Assembly: GCF_963676685.1 (NCBI RefSeq)
Contig: NC_092346.1
Coordinates: forward strand, 27,962,001 to 28,026,000
Source: Mytilus edulis
Lineage: Eukaryota
Direction of reading: 5' to 3'
DNA: 64,000 nucleotides
The position numbers and the translations under genes are program-made. Below the pieces are notes generated by a model that was given only the letters and a program-made list of their open reading frames with translations, did no database searches and was not told the DNA's origin. Shown piece after piece: positions 41,699 through 53,194 of this stretch. Numbering within the stretch: position 1 is the first letter of the stretch; every line of letters starts with the position of its first letter.

Positions 41699-42808
41699 TC
41701 TAAAGAATAAGAATTAGAATTAGAACATTTATTGAATTCGATTAAAGGGCCCGTTTCCGAGCATATACTAATATGATATTAATTATACAGTATTTTTAAA
41801 GATAAATAATTACATTAATAATCAATAATTAAATAACTATACTCCATATACTGGATGGTGTTTGAAAATAAATAAAATAGAATAGTAACCCTCTCTCATA
41901 CATACAAAAACTGTATAACTGCTTAATGTATAATTAGTTTTTGGAATGCAAATTTTCTCTATTTTAAAACAAGTACTTATAAATCTTGACACTGACATAT
42001 TTACATTTTTAGACTCACATAATATCAACCGAATAATTTTTTCATTTCTTGAAAAATAAGGGAAGTTTTTACATTGGATACTTGCTTCATTAAGAATTAA
42101 AAACAAAATTATATGCAGTGCATGCTATTAAAAAATGATATAAATATATGGAATGTCATACAGAAAACATACATTACACAATCTTCATATTCCTATAAAT
42201 CCACAATGAAGGCTATGTTAATCTAAAAAAAAAAAAATCTTGCTTACTAGCTTTCATCTTTGAAAATCCACAGGTGACAAAATGTCCCCAATTAATCATA
42301 TCTCGTTTTATCTGGAACGTTTGTAGTAAATATTACATGACAAATTCGAAATTCGAAATAAGTTATATGTGTATATTCTACAAATTATAAAAATAACAAA
42401 TAACTAAATAGAAATCCAACCCTTTCGCTGTCTGTTTATTGTTTGTCACTGTACCGGATATAAGATTCTATTGAAAAAATATTTGCCGGGGTAGTTTAGA
42501 CACAGCGTGATTGCGAACCAGCACCTCTAGATAGGAGAACTATAAATTGATGCATAACTATCCATTGGTTAATAGTATTATACAAAACATGCCACTTTTT
42601 CGTTAATAAACGGGTGCTACAAGAAGAGAAGGATCTGTTCACCATTGAAATACAAAAAAAATGTAGAAAGAGTCGATTATGCAGGAATAAGCAGAAGGAA
42701 GTCACCGATTTTTTATGATTTTCTTTTTTAGGAAAGACGGATACAGCTTGTCTTCCTTATATAGTTGAATTGGTTGTCTTATCATACCTACAAGGTTATT
42801 CTATCTCT

Positions 42809-45800
42809 TTACAAAAACTGTGAGGTAAAAAGTTTCAATTTCAAGTTGTCAATCTCAAATGGAATTTGCTTGTCATTTTCTAGATTAATGTATGACAATT
42901 GTTCGAGTTCAGTTGGAATTTTGCAGCTATCAAGGACAACTAAAATCAGAAAATCTGGTCTTTTCTGCATAATATCCAAAATAAATGTCTTCAACAATGG
43001 CCATTCACGCTCTAGGAAGGAACCGCTGAGAAACATCAGTGTGCTGCGACTAGTATGAACGGCATTAATGGCATCAAGAATGATGGAGCTGTACAAGTCA
43101 TGATCCACACATAAAGGCCTTCCTGTGAAAATAAATATCATCAAACGTTAATACAATTAAGAGTAGAAGACTACTATATGACAGTTGTTATTAAGGTCAA
43201 GGATCGGTAAATGAACTAGTCCATAGATTTAAAAAAAAATTAGAACTCAACTAGATATTGAAAATATACATCAGAAAATGTAAAAAAAAAAGTATATGTC
43301 ACCGACTTCGTTTTCAAGAAAAATCCATTTTTCATATTAATTTTCAAATTTTTGATTTTAGAAAAACAAGTTTATTCTCCTGGAAGTAACATACTTTCTG
43401 TCAAATTTAACGTTGACGTTGTCCCATCGAAAGGTCGCCGGGTGCAATTTTAACATTGTAAAATCTGGTCAAAGAGACGTAATTCGTACAAAACGTCGCA
43501 ATATTTCGCGGAATCCGCTAGACGGCGTTCATTTACTGATACTTGACCTTAATTCGTTTCATGTGTTTGAGCTATCCATTTTGCCATTTTTTAAGTGACT
43601 TGCCGTCTTGAACTTCGAGTTCGGTATTTTTTTTTGTTATCTTACTTTTACAATTTTATAGAAAAACTGTCAGAAAATACTTAAACAACAGAAAAAGAAA
43701 ATAATATCCTACCTTTAAATCGAACAAAACTGAAGGTCAGCGAAAATTAAGTCTCTATTTTGATCTCAAACTAGAACTACCATTAGAACTAAAACCGAAT
43801 TTTAATAATTTTTCATAGAAATGTTTTCTAGCCTTCGATTGTGACAACCTACGGAATACGGAAATAAATGAAAGATTATAAGTTTTTTTCTGCCTACTAA
43901 CTTTCATGTGTTTTACATGTACTTGGTGTAGTATGTTGCAATGAATTTATAACTGTTGTGATATCTAATACTTTTACATTATATATTAAACAAGACGATA
44001 ATACAATCATGTGTTACTAAATATTTACCCCTTAGAGCAACATCGTCATCAAACAACTTTAAAGATAGCTGATTAAGTATAAAACTGTTGATCCATCCAA
44101 CATCATGTTTTCCTGTGATTGCTGAAAAGTCGTACTCGAATGAAGTTGGTGCTTGAAATTGTTCTACATTTTCATTGGTACATTGATCTCTCTCTTTGAT
44201 GACGTTGTCAATATTTGCTTGGGTATATACCAAAGGAGCATCTTCTGATCGTTCAAACGTATATTTCAGCAACCCTTCTCTGATGTTCGTTGAGAGGAAT
44301 GGTCTGGAGATAAGTTATGAAGCCACAAAGTTTTGTCAAGTTATATTTTACCAGATCAGATGTTAAAGCCTCACGTATTAAACCTATATTTTCATAATTC
44401 CTGACTACGTACGTTAAAATATGAAATATGTCTCTATATTCTTGCTTTCCTTGCAACATATACCAACAAATATTTGTGATATTTTTTGGATTTTCTTTCT
44501 TGGTTAATAAAAGAGCCCTCGTTGCCCACGCAGCAGCCGTTTCATATTCTCCTAAATCAAACAAAATGCTCCCAAATCTATTAGCGATTGCAAATGATTG
44601 ACCTTTGAGATGAATAGTTGTATTTACATGATCTAAAGCTTCGTTGATGTATTCCACATCTTTAACAAATTGTTTTCCAAAATTTTTACACTGAGGAAAC
44701 TTTGCAAGGTACTGACAAACCTTAGCTAAATCACAATAATCTGATGTGATAAAGTGCTCTTTCAAAAGTAGAATGCCATCTTCCCTGGCGTTTAATAGAA
44801 ATGTCTTACATTTTTCCTGATCTCCTGACTTTTCAAGTAGATCAAACATTGAAATGTAAACATTGTTTCTCGTTTTATACTCAGCTAAATGTGTCTTTTG
44901 GTTTAAGTCAATAGCGGTTGTAAGCAATGTTACTGCTTTTTCTAACATGCCTAATTTACATTGTTTAGTGGGCTCATATTTTGACAACATCCATAATGCA
45001 TCCCCATATCGATGTAAACTTATTTCGTCGTTTGGGTAAATACGTACAGCATTAATAAACCCTAGTTTCGGATCATTTTGCATCGCTTCAAATTCACCTC
45101 TTCCATTTTCAACGCTGCTCACGTCAATCTTCAAACCATCACGTGAGTTTTCCTTTCTTGATATCAAGATATGTGCAATATAGGCGTACGATCGAGCTCT
45201 GTAAAAGGTATACTCTTTTACATCTTCGGGTAAATCTATAACAACTTCTAAAAATAGGCGACAGGAATCATTGGTCAGTTTAGTTGATTTACTCTTCGTA
45301 TCTGCGTCCGTATATTGTCGGTAGGAACTGTAGAGTCTATTACAAGCCATAGCATGGTAAAATTTCCAAATAGTTATTTCCGATTTAGATACAGACAAGT
45401 TTGTAAGCCTCTCGATTCCCTCCTTTAAAAAAGCAACGCCATTTCGACGTTTTTCTAGCAAATGTTCATTCAAAAGCTGTTCAAACTTTGGATTGAGTAA
45501 ACACTGGGGATTAAATGCATACTGCGCTGCATTTTGAAGACGTGTTTTTCTTTCACCTCTGGCATTGCTTAGTTCTACAATCAACTGTTTGGAAGCATCG
45601 TTTAAACTAAACCGCGCTTCCTTTTCGTAGTTATCAAAATCTTCAAACATGTATACATAGCCTTGCTCTAATAAACAATTAGCAATTTCCTTATTGTCAT
45701 CAAAGGTATTGCTTGTTAAAATTGTTTTGATATCATCATCGTACTTTTTCGCTTCTTCATCCAGCTGGATTTTCCTATGCATTTCTGCAAGGTCTGCCAG

Positions 45801-46061
45801 GGTGTTCAGGTGCTTTGGATAAGTTTCTAAGCTGAGTTTTAACTTTTGTATATTCTTTTTCAAATAACTGCGACGTGACAAACGATTGCCAATTAGATTT
45901 TCCATGAGAGTGATAGCTTGTTGTACAATCTCATTTTCCTTTACTTTTGCATCTTCTAATATTTCCCTTCTTTTTTCTATTTGACGTGCGTCTCCAATAT
46001 GCATTAAGTTCAGATTAAGTCTGTACAGTCCTGGACAAACTGTAATTGTAGGTTCTAACAT
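42809..46061 (-). CDS. TTC22/IFIT-like tetratricopeptide-repeat protein with C-terminal TIR domain (one frameshift near 44273)
   Basis: The 602-aa ORF has CPGLYRLNLNL, YPKHLNTLADLAEMHRKI and IANCLLEQGY, similar to the TTC22 N-terminus as recalled (LPGHFHL, HPGNLNAWANLA, AARCLAEQGY), plus TPR-like helices. Removing 1 nt continues the frame to FEYDFSAITGKHDVGWINSFILNQL (TIR box 1). A phase-1 intron (44028-43123) joins exon 43122-42809 (DAINAVHTSRSTLMFLSGSFLEREW...IPTELEQLSYINL). Repaired length 781 aa. Confidence 0.82.
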
Positions 46062-46867
46062 TTTTGTTGGAGTTGTATCAATTTAAAAACATTTCTTCTA
46101 AAAGTGAAAAAAAGTAAATTTTGTTTAATGGCTTATGTATATACAGTTTGTACTTTGGTCGAGAGTTTTAGTGAGATAACAGGAAACATTCATCCTAGCG
46201 ATGGCACCGATATTGTTATATTTGAACTTCATACTTTCCCCACAGTTTATGTTTTATTTGGGTGTTGTACTATAAAGTTATTTTTTCTCTTACTTAAATT
46301 TTTTACTGTAAGACGATGTGAAGAAAAAGTTTGTACAAAAAAATAAACAATAAATAAGGATACATCAATAAAAACGGTATCACAATCCAACCACTTTTAT
46401 ATTTTCTAACAAGCAATTAAAAAATTTGAATAACCCTGGTAGGTCATCGAGATGGAAGTTTGTTTAAAGATATTAAACATAGTACATGTGTTTGGTTTTA
46501 TCAATGTCTTTTGTACATCGGTACATAATTGTTCCCTTTTCATGGGATAATTCTGACCTAGTTGTTGTTGATAATTCGTTGGTGAATTTCCTTAGTGCCT
46601 ATTATTTTTATTTGTACAGAGTCCTTTCCTATTAATGTGTTTGACAATATCTGGTACAAAAGACACATCGTCCTTTCGTATAAACACAAACATTAGAAAT
46701 TTACAGAATGGATCGTATCAAATGAAATACATGTGTTTATATAAAAAAAAGAAGATGTGGCATGATGGTCCATGAGACAACTCTCAATAAGAGATAAAAT
46801 GACACAGAAATTATAAACTATTGGTGACCGTACGGTCTGGAACAATAAGCAAAGCCCATACCACATA

Positions 46868-47068
46868 CCGTAAAGCGGGTTGTTTTCGCTGATGTAAAAT
46901 TGCACGATTTTCATTGAATAAGGTATATGAAATATTTTGGCGGATTCAAAAGTTTTAACAGCACCTTTGCATGTACACGTTTAAATTGGCGGAATTTATT
47001 TTGGCGATATTGTTCTATCCGCGAAAAAAAGCGAAAATTTACATCCCGCGAAATAACCTGCTATACAA
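46868..47068. mobile_element. Tc1/mariner-type MITE (TA flanks)
   Basis: ccgtaaagcgggttgttttcgc / gcgaaataacctgctatacaa, flanked by TA. Splits a dispersed repeat. Confidence 0.65.
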
Positions 47069-50029
47069 TACGATAGTCCGCTGTGAAAGTTCCCAAAATG
47101 AACAATGTAAAATAATTCAAACGAGAGAAAACAAACGGCCTAGTTAATTTAAGTACAAAAAAACGAAAAACAAATATGTAACACAACAACAAACGACAAC
47201 CACTGAATAACAGGCTCCTGTTTTTTTTTTTTTTTTACTTTACCATCTTCCTCTGATTAAAACAAGAATTTTACACTAGTAATTCAAAGAAAGTTTCTTT
47301 CTTCTGAAACTCACGGTACATATCATTGTTACATAGTTAGGCCCTTTCATGTCCTTTAACTTTTTCTAGTTTTTCCAGGTGCAGATGTTTATCTGTACTG
47401 ATAGTACATTTAATTTTGTAGTGTAACACGACCATAACTTTTACTTGCTACTGATGATTTATTTCCTTCATTTTTAAAAGTCTACGAAGCTAAGGTTTCA
47501 ACTCCCTCAGGCAAAAATAAATTTGCCATATTATTATATATTTTTCCTTTTCGCTTTAATTGCTTCAATTTCTGTGTCATTTGGTCTCTTGCAAAAAGCT
47601 GTCTCATTGGCAATCATACCATTTTTTTAAATCAAATATTTTCCGTACTAATACATACAAGATTTTGCTTTGAGCGAACCGGATAAAGCGACCAATATTA
47701 AAGATTTCAGACGTATCTTATGTTCTTTATCAGTGTTTAGTCATCAACAATTGTTATTGAAAATTCTTCCTCATATTTTATTCTTATCAATGACAAATTA
47801 AATTTTTTAACCTGTCAAAATACCGAGCAATTTGGGTTTTATCTACTAGTACTTTACTCTCTGTTTTTTTTTTTAATAACTTCCCTTTTTGAATTTCGAC
47901 AAGAAGAAAAGCACAATAGCGTCATGTATGCGTGTAAATCGGAAGAAAATATACAATTTTGAAAAAATATTATTGCAATGGGTTGAATAGCTTTCAAGAT
48001 TGTTATTATAACTTATGGAACATTAAAACTCACTAATTGAGTCTATTTGATTGAAGAATATATAAGGAGACGTCCATTTGATATTCAGTGATGATGAGGA
48101 CACGAGGATTTTGAAAATGAATATCCTGAGATAGAAAGAGTAGAAAATGAATATAACTTTGCCCAAGACAGTATTCAAATAATCATTATTCGGAAACACA
48201 ACTGCATGAAATAATTGTGAACAAAAATGAAAAAAGTAATAATGCAAAGCTTCAAAAAAAGATAAAATGTCCATTCGCAAAATCTTCCTGCCTCGTCCCT
48301 CAACGAATATCAAACATTCGTGTCCTAATGGTTGCATCCAATGCCTCTTCTTTACTCTGATATAAAAATTATCTGATACGATGTTGTATATTACGGGTGC
48401 TTTTCGCTGATAAACAAAAGGAGCATTTTTTTATTTTTGTACTATGAATTCAAAAATTAGTGCATGCATTTATTATTGCGATTTTGTCATTTAAGACCTA
48501 AATGCGATTTTATTTTTACTATTTGGTGATAAATTCTGTTTAATTCATATCAAATATTTCAAAATGCGAGTTTAAATTTTTGCGTTTAAAACTTTGTCGC
48601 ATTTTTTCGCAATAATAAAAATCTCGCAATAATTTGCACTATGTCATTGAGGAACTTTGTTAAGGCTGATGATAAAAAACTTTGTTATAATAGACAGGAT
48701 TAAAATTATTAATCTGTTCAAAAATGCAGGACAATGTTGAAAAATGTTGTATTTTTTATTATGAAAATTTCATGTGGTTTTGCCTGATTTTATATTCTCC
48801 TTTTACTAGCCCTATTTAAAATAAGCGATCTGTCATCTGTGGTTACTATCAGATTATTGTACAAAAATAATAGATATATTATTAAACAGATTGCATTGGT
48901 CGATGGGAAAGTTTAACTTTTATTCGTTTGAATTGAATGAGTCCTCGAATATTAGTTATAAATCTGCAATTAAGAAATACACATTTGTATTTATTTCTTT
49001 TTACTTTTTGAAAACCTTTCTTGATGTTGCCTGACGGTGTCCCTATCGCGATCAGCGGTTGAAAGAATAAAATAAAGGATAGACACTTTAATTTTTATCT
49101 TATTTGAAAAATAAATGGTTAAATGTATATTATATTTTCATTTTTAAGTTATATAATACTTACTTTACTTATCAAATCTTCCATTGCCTGTTTGTAGTAC
49201 GTATGACCTATACTTATCAAGTTATTTTAAACAAGTGCAAAAGATAATAATTTTATATTTGTTTTTATATTAGATGCAATAGGACACTATGGTATGCAAT
49301 GATAGTTCAAAAAGTTATCGCTATCTGTAATTTCTATTATTAGAAGGTTGAATATGATACTATTTAATGTGGATTGATATTTGGTTTTTTGTTGAAAAGA
49401 GAAGGAGAGATTCTTTTTACTATTATTCTTTTTAGTATGAGAGAATTGCTTTGCTGAAAGTATATTTACACTGAATACTGTAAATTGATATTTTTTGTCT
49501 CTTTTAGTTGATCTTATATAACCTTGTTAACCGAAAATGTCTTTGAAGAAATGAATGATAAACAATGTGATTGCATTCAAGTTATAGAAAAAAAATGCGA
49601 TATGACTGCGAATGAAACAACTCTAGAATGTGTACTAAATTGATAACAAAACATTTTAATCTATTTGACGGCATTTTGTTCAAAGTTATGGTTGTTTCTG
49701 AATTTTCATAACATCTAACCAATTGGTTTATTGTTCTATATAAGAAGGATGTGTTTGTCACAAGCAAAAACCCCATGCCGTATTTGGCACAACCTTTTCA
49801 ACTTTTGATCCTCAGAGCTGTACAACTTTGTCCCCCCTTTTTTTGACTTTCGAACTTTTATATCTGTTTGGACGAGGCGCGTTTTTGACGTAATGAATTT
49901 TAAACCTGATGCCTTTTCTTATCTATTATTCATGTGTTTCTATGCCTAATACGTTCTGCTATTTATTTGTATTGTCGTCCTGTATTATTATGTTGTCATT
50001 TTAATGTTATATTTAACAATGCCACCAAA

Positions 50030-50465
50030 GTGCGAGGTTTGGCATGCCACAAAACCAGGTTCAACCCACCATTTTTTCTTTAAAAATGTCCTGTACCAAG
50101 TCAGGAAAATGGCCATTGTTATATCATAGTTCGTTTCTGTGTATGTAACATTTTTACGTTGTGTTTCCGTTGTTTCGTTTGTTTTCTCCTATTTTTGAGT
50201 GTGAATTCACATTACTATAAGACGTGTCACGGTACTTTTCTATCCCAAATTCATGTATTTGGTTTTGATTTTATATTGGTTATTCTCATCGGATGTTGTC
50301 TAATGCTTAGTCCGTTGCTGTGTGTGTTACATTTTAATGTTGTGTCGTTGTTCTCCCCTTATATTTAATGCGTTTCCCTCAGTTTTAGTTTGTTACCCCG
50401 ATTTTGTTTTTCGTCCATAGATTTATGAATTTTGAACAGCGGTATACAACTGTTGCCTTTATTTA
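50030..50465. repeat. Abundant dispersed repeat (taaataaaggcaacag family)
   Basis: Related copies at about 2206-2405, 7799-7895, 12600-12890, 22340-22650, 53025-53180 and 1-60. Confidence 0.7.
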
Positions 50466-51370
50466 TTGAATTTGTATTTACATTGTGTCATAGAACAAAT
50501 TTATTCGTTCAGTATATGTTCACTTGGGTTCATATATCCTTTGATTGAGTTTATCCATTTCAATTGTTTTTTATAGTGTGTCTTTCTTTCTTTGTTGTGA
50601 TGTAATTGGTTATCAAATGCCTTTTTACTACCTTAATGACTTAAACAGTTAATAAAGAAAATACAATGTTAAGAAAGTTCGTATTTGTGATACTCCTTGA
50701 ATACTTCCTGGATCCATCACTGCAGTGAGCATAAACTTTGTTCTAGTTTTAGGTTTTTCAGATTATAAACCATTCGCATACATTCATGCATTTGATGTTT
50801 AGATGATATAAATGCAGGAGTAGTAAAACAAGTCACTAAAGTAAAAATAAAGCATGAGAAAGACTAGATTCGAGTAAGAAAAGTTTTTAAAAATGCTTAT
50901 CACATTATATAAGTGTTCATAAATCTTGATATGTATCTTTTGGTGCTGCATGAAATCTACATTGAACGATATACGAGTGTTTGATTTATGTTCATTGGCG
51001 CTTATTGTCATACTTTCATGATTTGAAATGGGTCATACGCCTCTTCAACGATGAGTTGGTCTGCCATTAATGTATATCTTTCACAGATGACCAGATATTT
51101 TTTAATTTGACAAGCCAAAATCCACTCACTTTTAGCGATTTCAACTAAACGTGTTCACTATCTGACCAATATTTTTTTGAATTCAAATTATGTTGAGGCC
51201 AGTTGAAATTTAAAAACTTAAAACCTCAGAGTAGTTTATTTCAGACAATTAAAGATAACATGTGTACATTGGTATTTTGTGTGTTCCACGCGATGGTTAA
51301 TCTATTTACTCTCTGATGGTTCCAGCTCAGATCTATAAGAAAGTATGTTCATATCATTGCACACAATTAA

Positions 51371-52846
51371 AAAAGAGGGACGAAATACACCAGAGAGACA
51401 GTCAAACTCATAAATCGAAAATAAACTGACAACGCCATGGCTGAAAATGAAAAAGACAAACAGACAAACAATAGTACACATGACACAACATACAAAACTA
51501 AAGAATAAGCAACACGAACCCCACCAAAAACTAGGGGTGATCTGAGGTGACCCGGAAGGGTAAGCAGATCTAATACTAAGGCTTTTCTACCTTAGGCATA
51601 GATTACCTTAGCTGGATTTGGCAAAACTTTTTGGAATTTTGGTCCTCAATGCTCTTCAACTTCGTACTTTATTTGGCCTTTTCAACTTTTTTGGATTCGA
51701 ACGTCACTGATGAGTTTTTTGTAGACGAAACGCGCGTCTGGCGTTTATACAAAATTTAGTCCTGGTATCTATGATGAGTTTATCCACATGTTGCACCCGT
51801 CGGGTTGCTTCTGTGATAACAAATCCGGTAAATAGTCTAATTATCTAGGTCACATTCATGAAAGGGAAGGGGAATGTAGTTAAGACGTTAGGAATATATC
51901 CGATATCCGATATCATTTGTGAAACGGTTATTCCATAATGGTCAACCAACTCGTGATGGTGGCGTCCATAAAATATACGAAGGGATGATTTCAATCTCAC
52001 CATTTGGAACTCTTGATTTAATAGCTTCTTTGTGAGCAGTAACCCTCTATCCAGAAAATCATGATAGGAAATACAATCACGGGAATATCGTATCAATTGG
52101 GAAATATATACCCCGTATGCAGATGCTGCTGGAATGTTTCTACTTAGAAATGGAAAGTTCATAATTAGAAAGCTGAAATCATCTCTTTTGTTGTAAAGTT
52201 TTGTTTTCAACCGACCCTCATTGTCAATTTCTAAATGTAAGTCAAGATATGAGACCGACTTAACTGTATCTGTAGTATCCTTTATCTTTACTTCGATGGG
52301 ATGCATACGTTCAAGTCACCAAACTTTGAATTAGTGAAAGAACATCATCTATATAGCGGAAAGTGGAGTTAAAGGACATTGCTAACATCTTATCTTTCTT
52401 CCTAAGAAGTTCCTGTATGAAATCAGCCTCATAATAATAAAGAAACCAGTCGGCAAGAAGAGGGGCACAATTTGTTCCCATTGGAATGCCGACAGTCTGT
52501 TAAAAAAACCATCCTCCGAACGTAACAAATATGTTGTAAATCAAGAAATCAAGCATCTTGATAATGTCAGTTTCATAGAATTTTTTGTTTGAATCAAAGT
52601 GATCCTTTACAAAGTAGGATTTATCCCTCCCTAAGACAAGATACTTGTATCTACGTTGACCATTCTTTTTTTATGAAACAAAGCAATACCAACTCTTTAA
52701 ATTTGTCTTTTAGTTTGGAATGTGGAATTATTTGTGTATAGTGTAGAAATGTTAAATGTTTTAATACTATTACAAGATGAAAGAGAGTTAGATTGTATGT
52801 ACTCTAAAAGATCTTTGAAATTTTTAAGTATCCACATCTGATTCAC
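51371..52846 (-). mobile_element. 5'-truncated Penelope-like retroelement (RT pseudogene)
   Basis: Broken frames give VNQMWILKN, GIPMGTNCAPLLAD, FRYIDDVL, SYLDLHLEID...KRDDFSF...YGVYISQLIRY. The RT thumb runs to the ORF end with no downstream GIY-YIG, compatible with Naiad-type permuted or EN-less elements. Confidence 0.9.
51701..51744 (+). ncRNA. Minimal type I hammerhead ribozyme, intact
   Basis: ACGUCA CUGAUGA GUU-UUUUGUA-GAC GAAA C GCGC GUC UGGCGU, with palindromic helix III loop and GUC cleavage site. Lies in a ~210-bp insert (51572-51783). Confidence 0.85.
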
Positions 52847-53194
52847 TGATTAAATGTTTAACTTTCATTTACAATAATTGTTCTACAAGAAATATATAAA
52901 TATTCTTATTTCATGTATTTTACAATATTCTTCGATTCTTAAATATAAAGATACTGTGACTCAACTACAATTTCTCTTTCCCCAACTAAGTAGTTTTTAT
53001 ATATGGTTCAACAAATGTATACGCAGGCAACAGTAGTATATTGCTGTTCGATTGAGAGAAAACAAATCCGGATTACAAACTAAAACTGAGGTAAACACTT
53101 CAATTATAAGGACAAAACAACGACACAAAAGAAACAATGAAGAGCAACAACAAAAAAAACTGCAATGCAACACATAGAACTTGGTACAAAGCCA

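Noticed and set aside
44245-44273. GT..AG micro-intron that might bypass the TPR-TIR stop
   Set aside because: Only about 29 nt, too short for a spliceosomal intron, and it would not restore the TIR frame.
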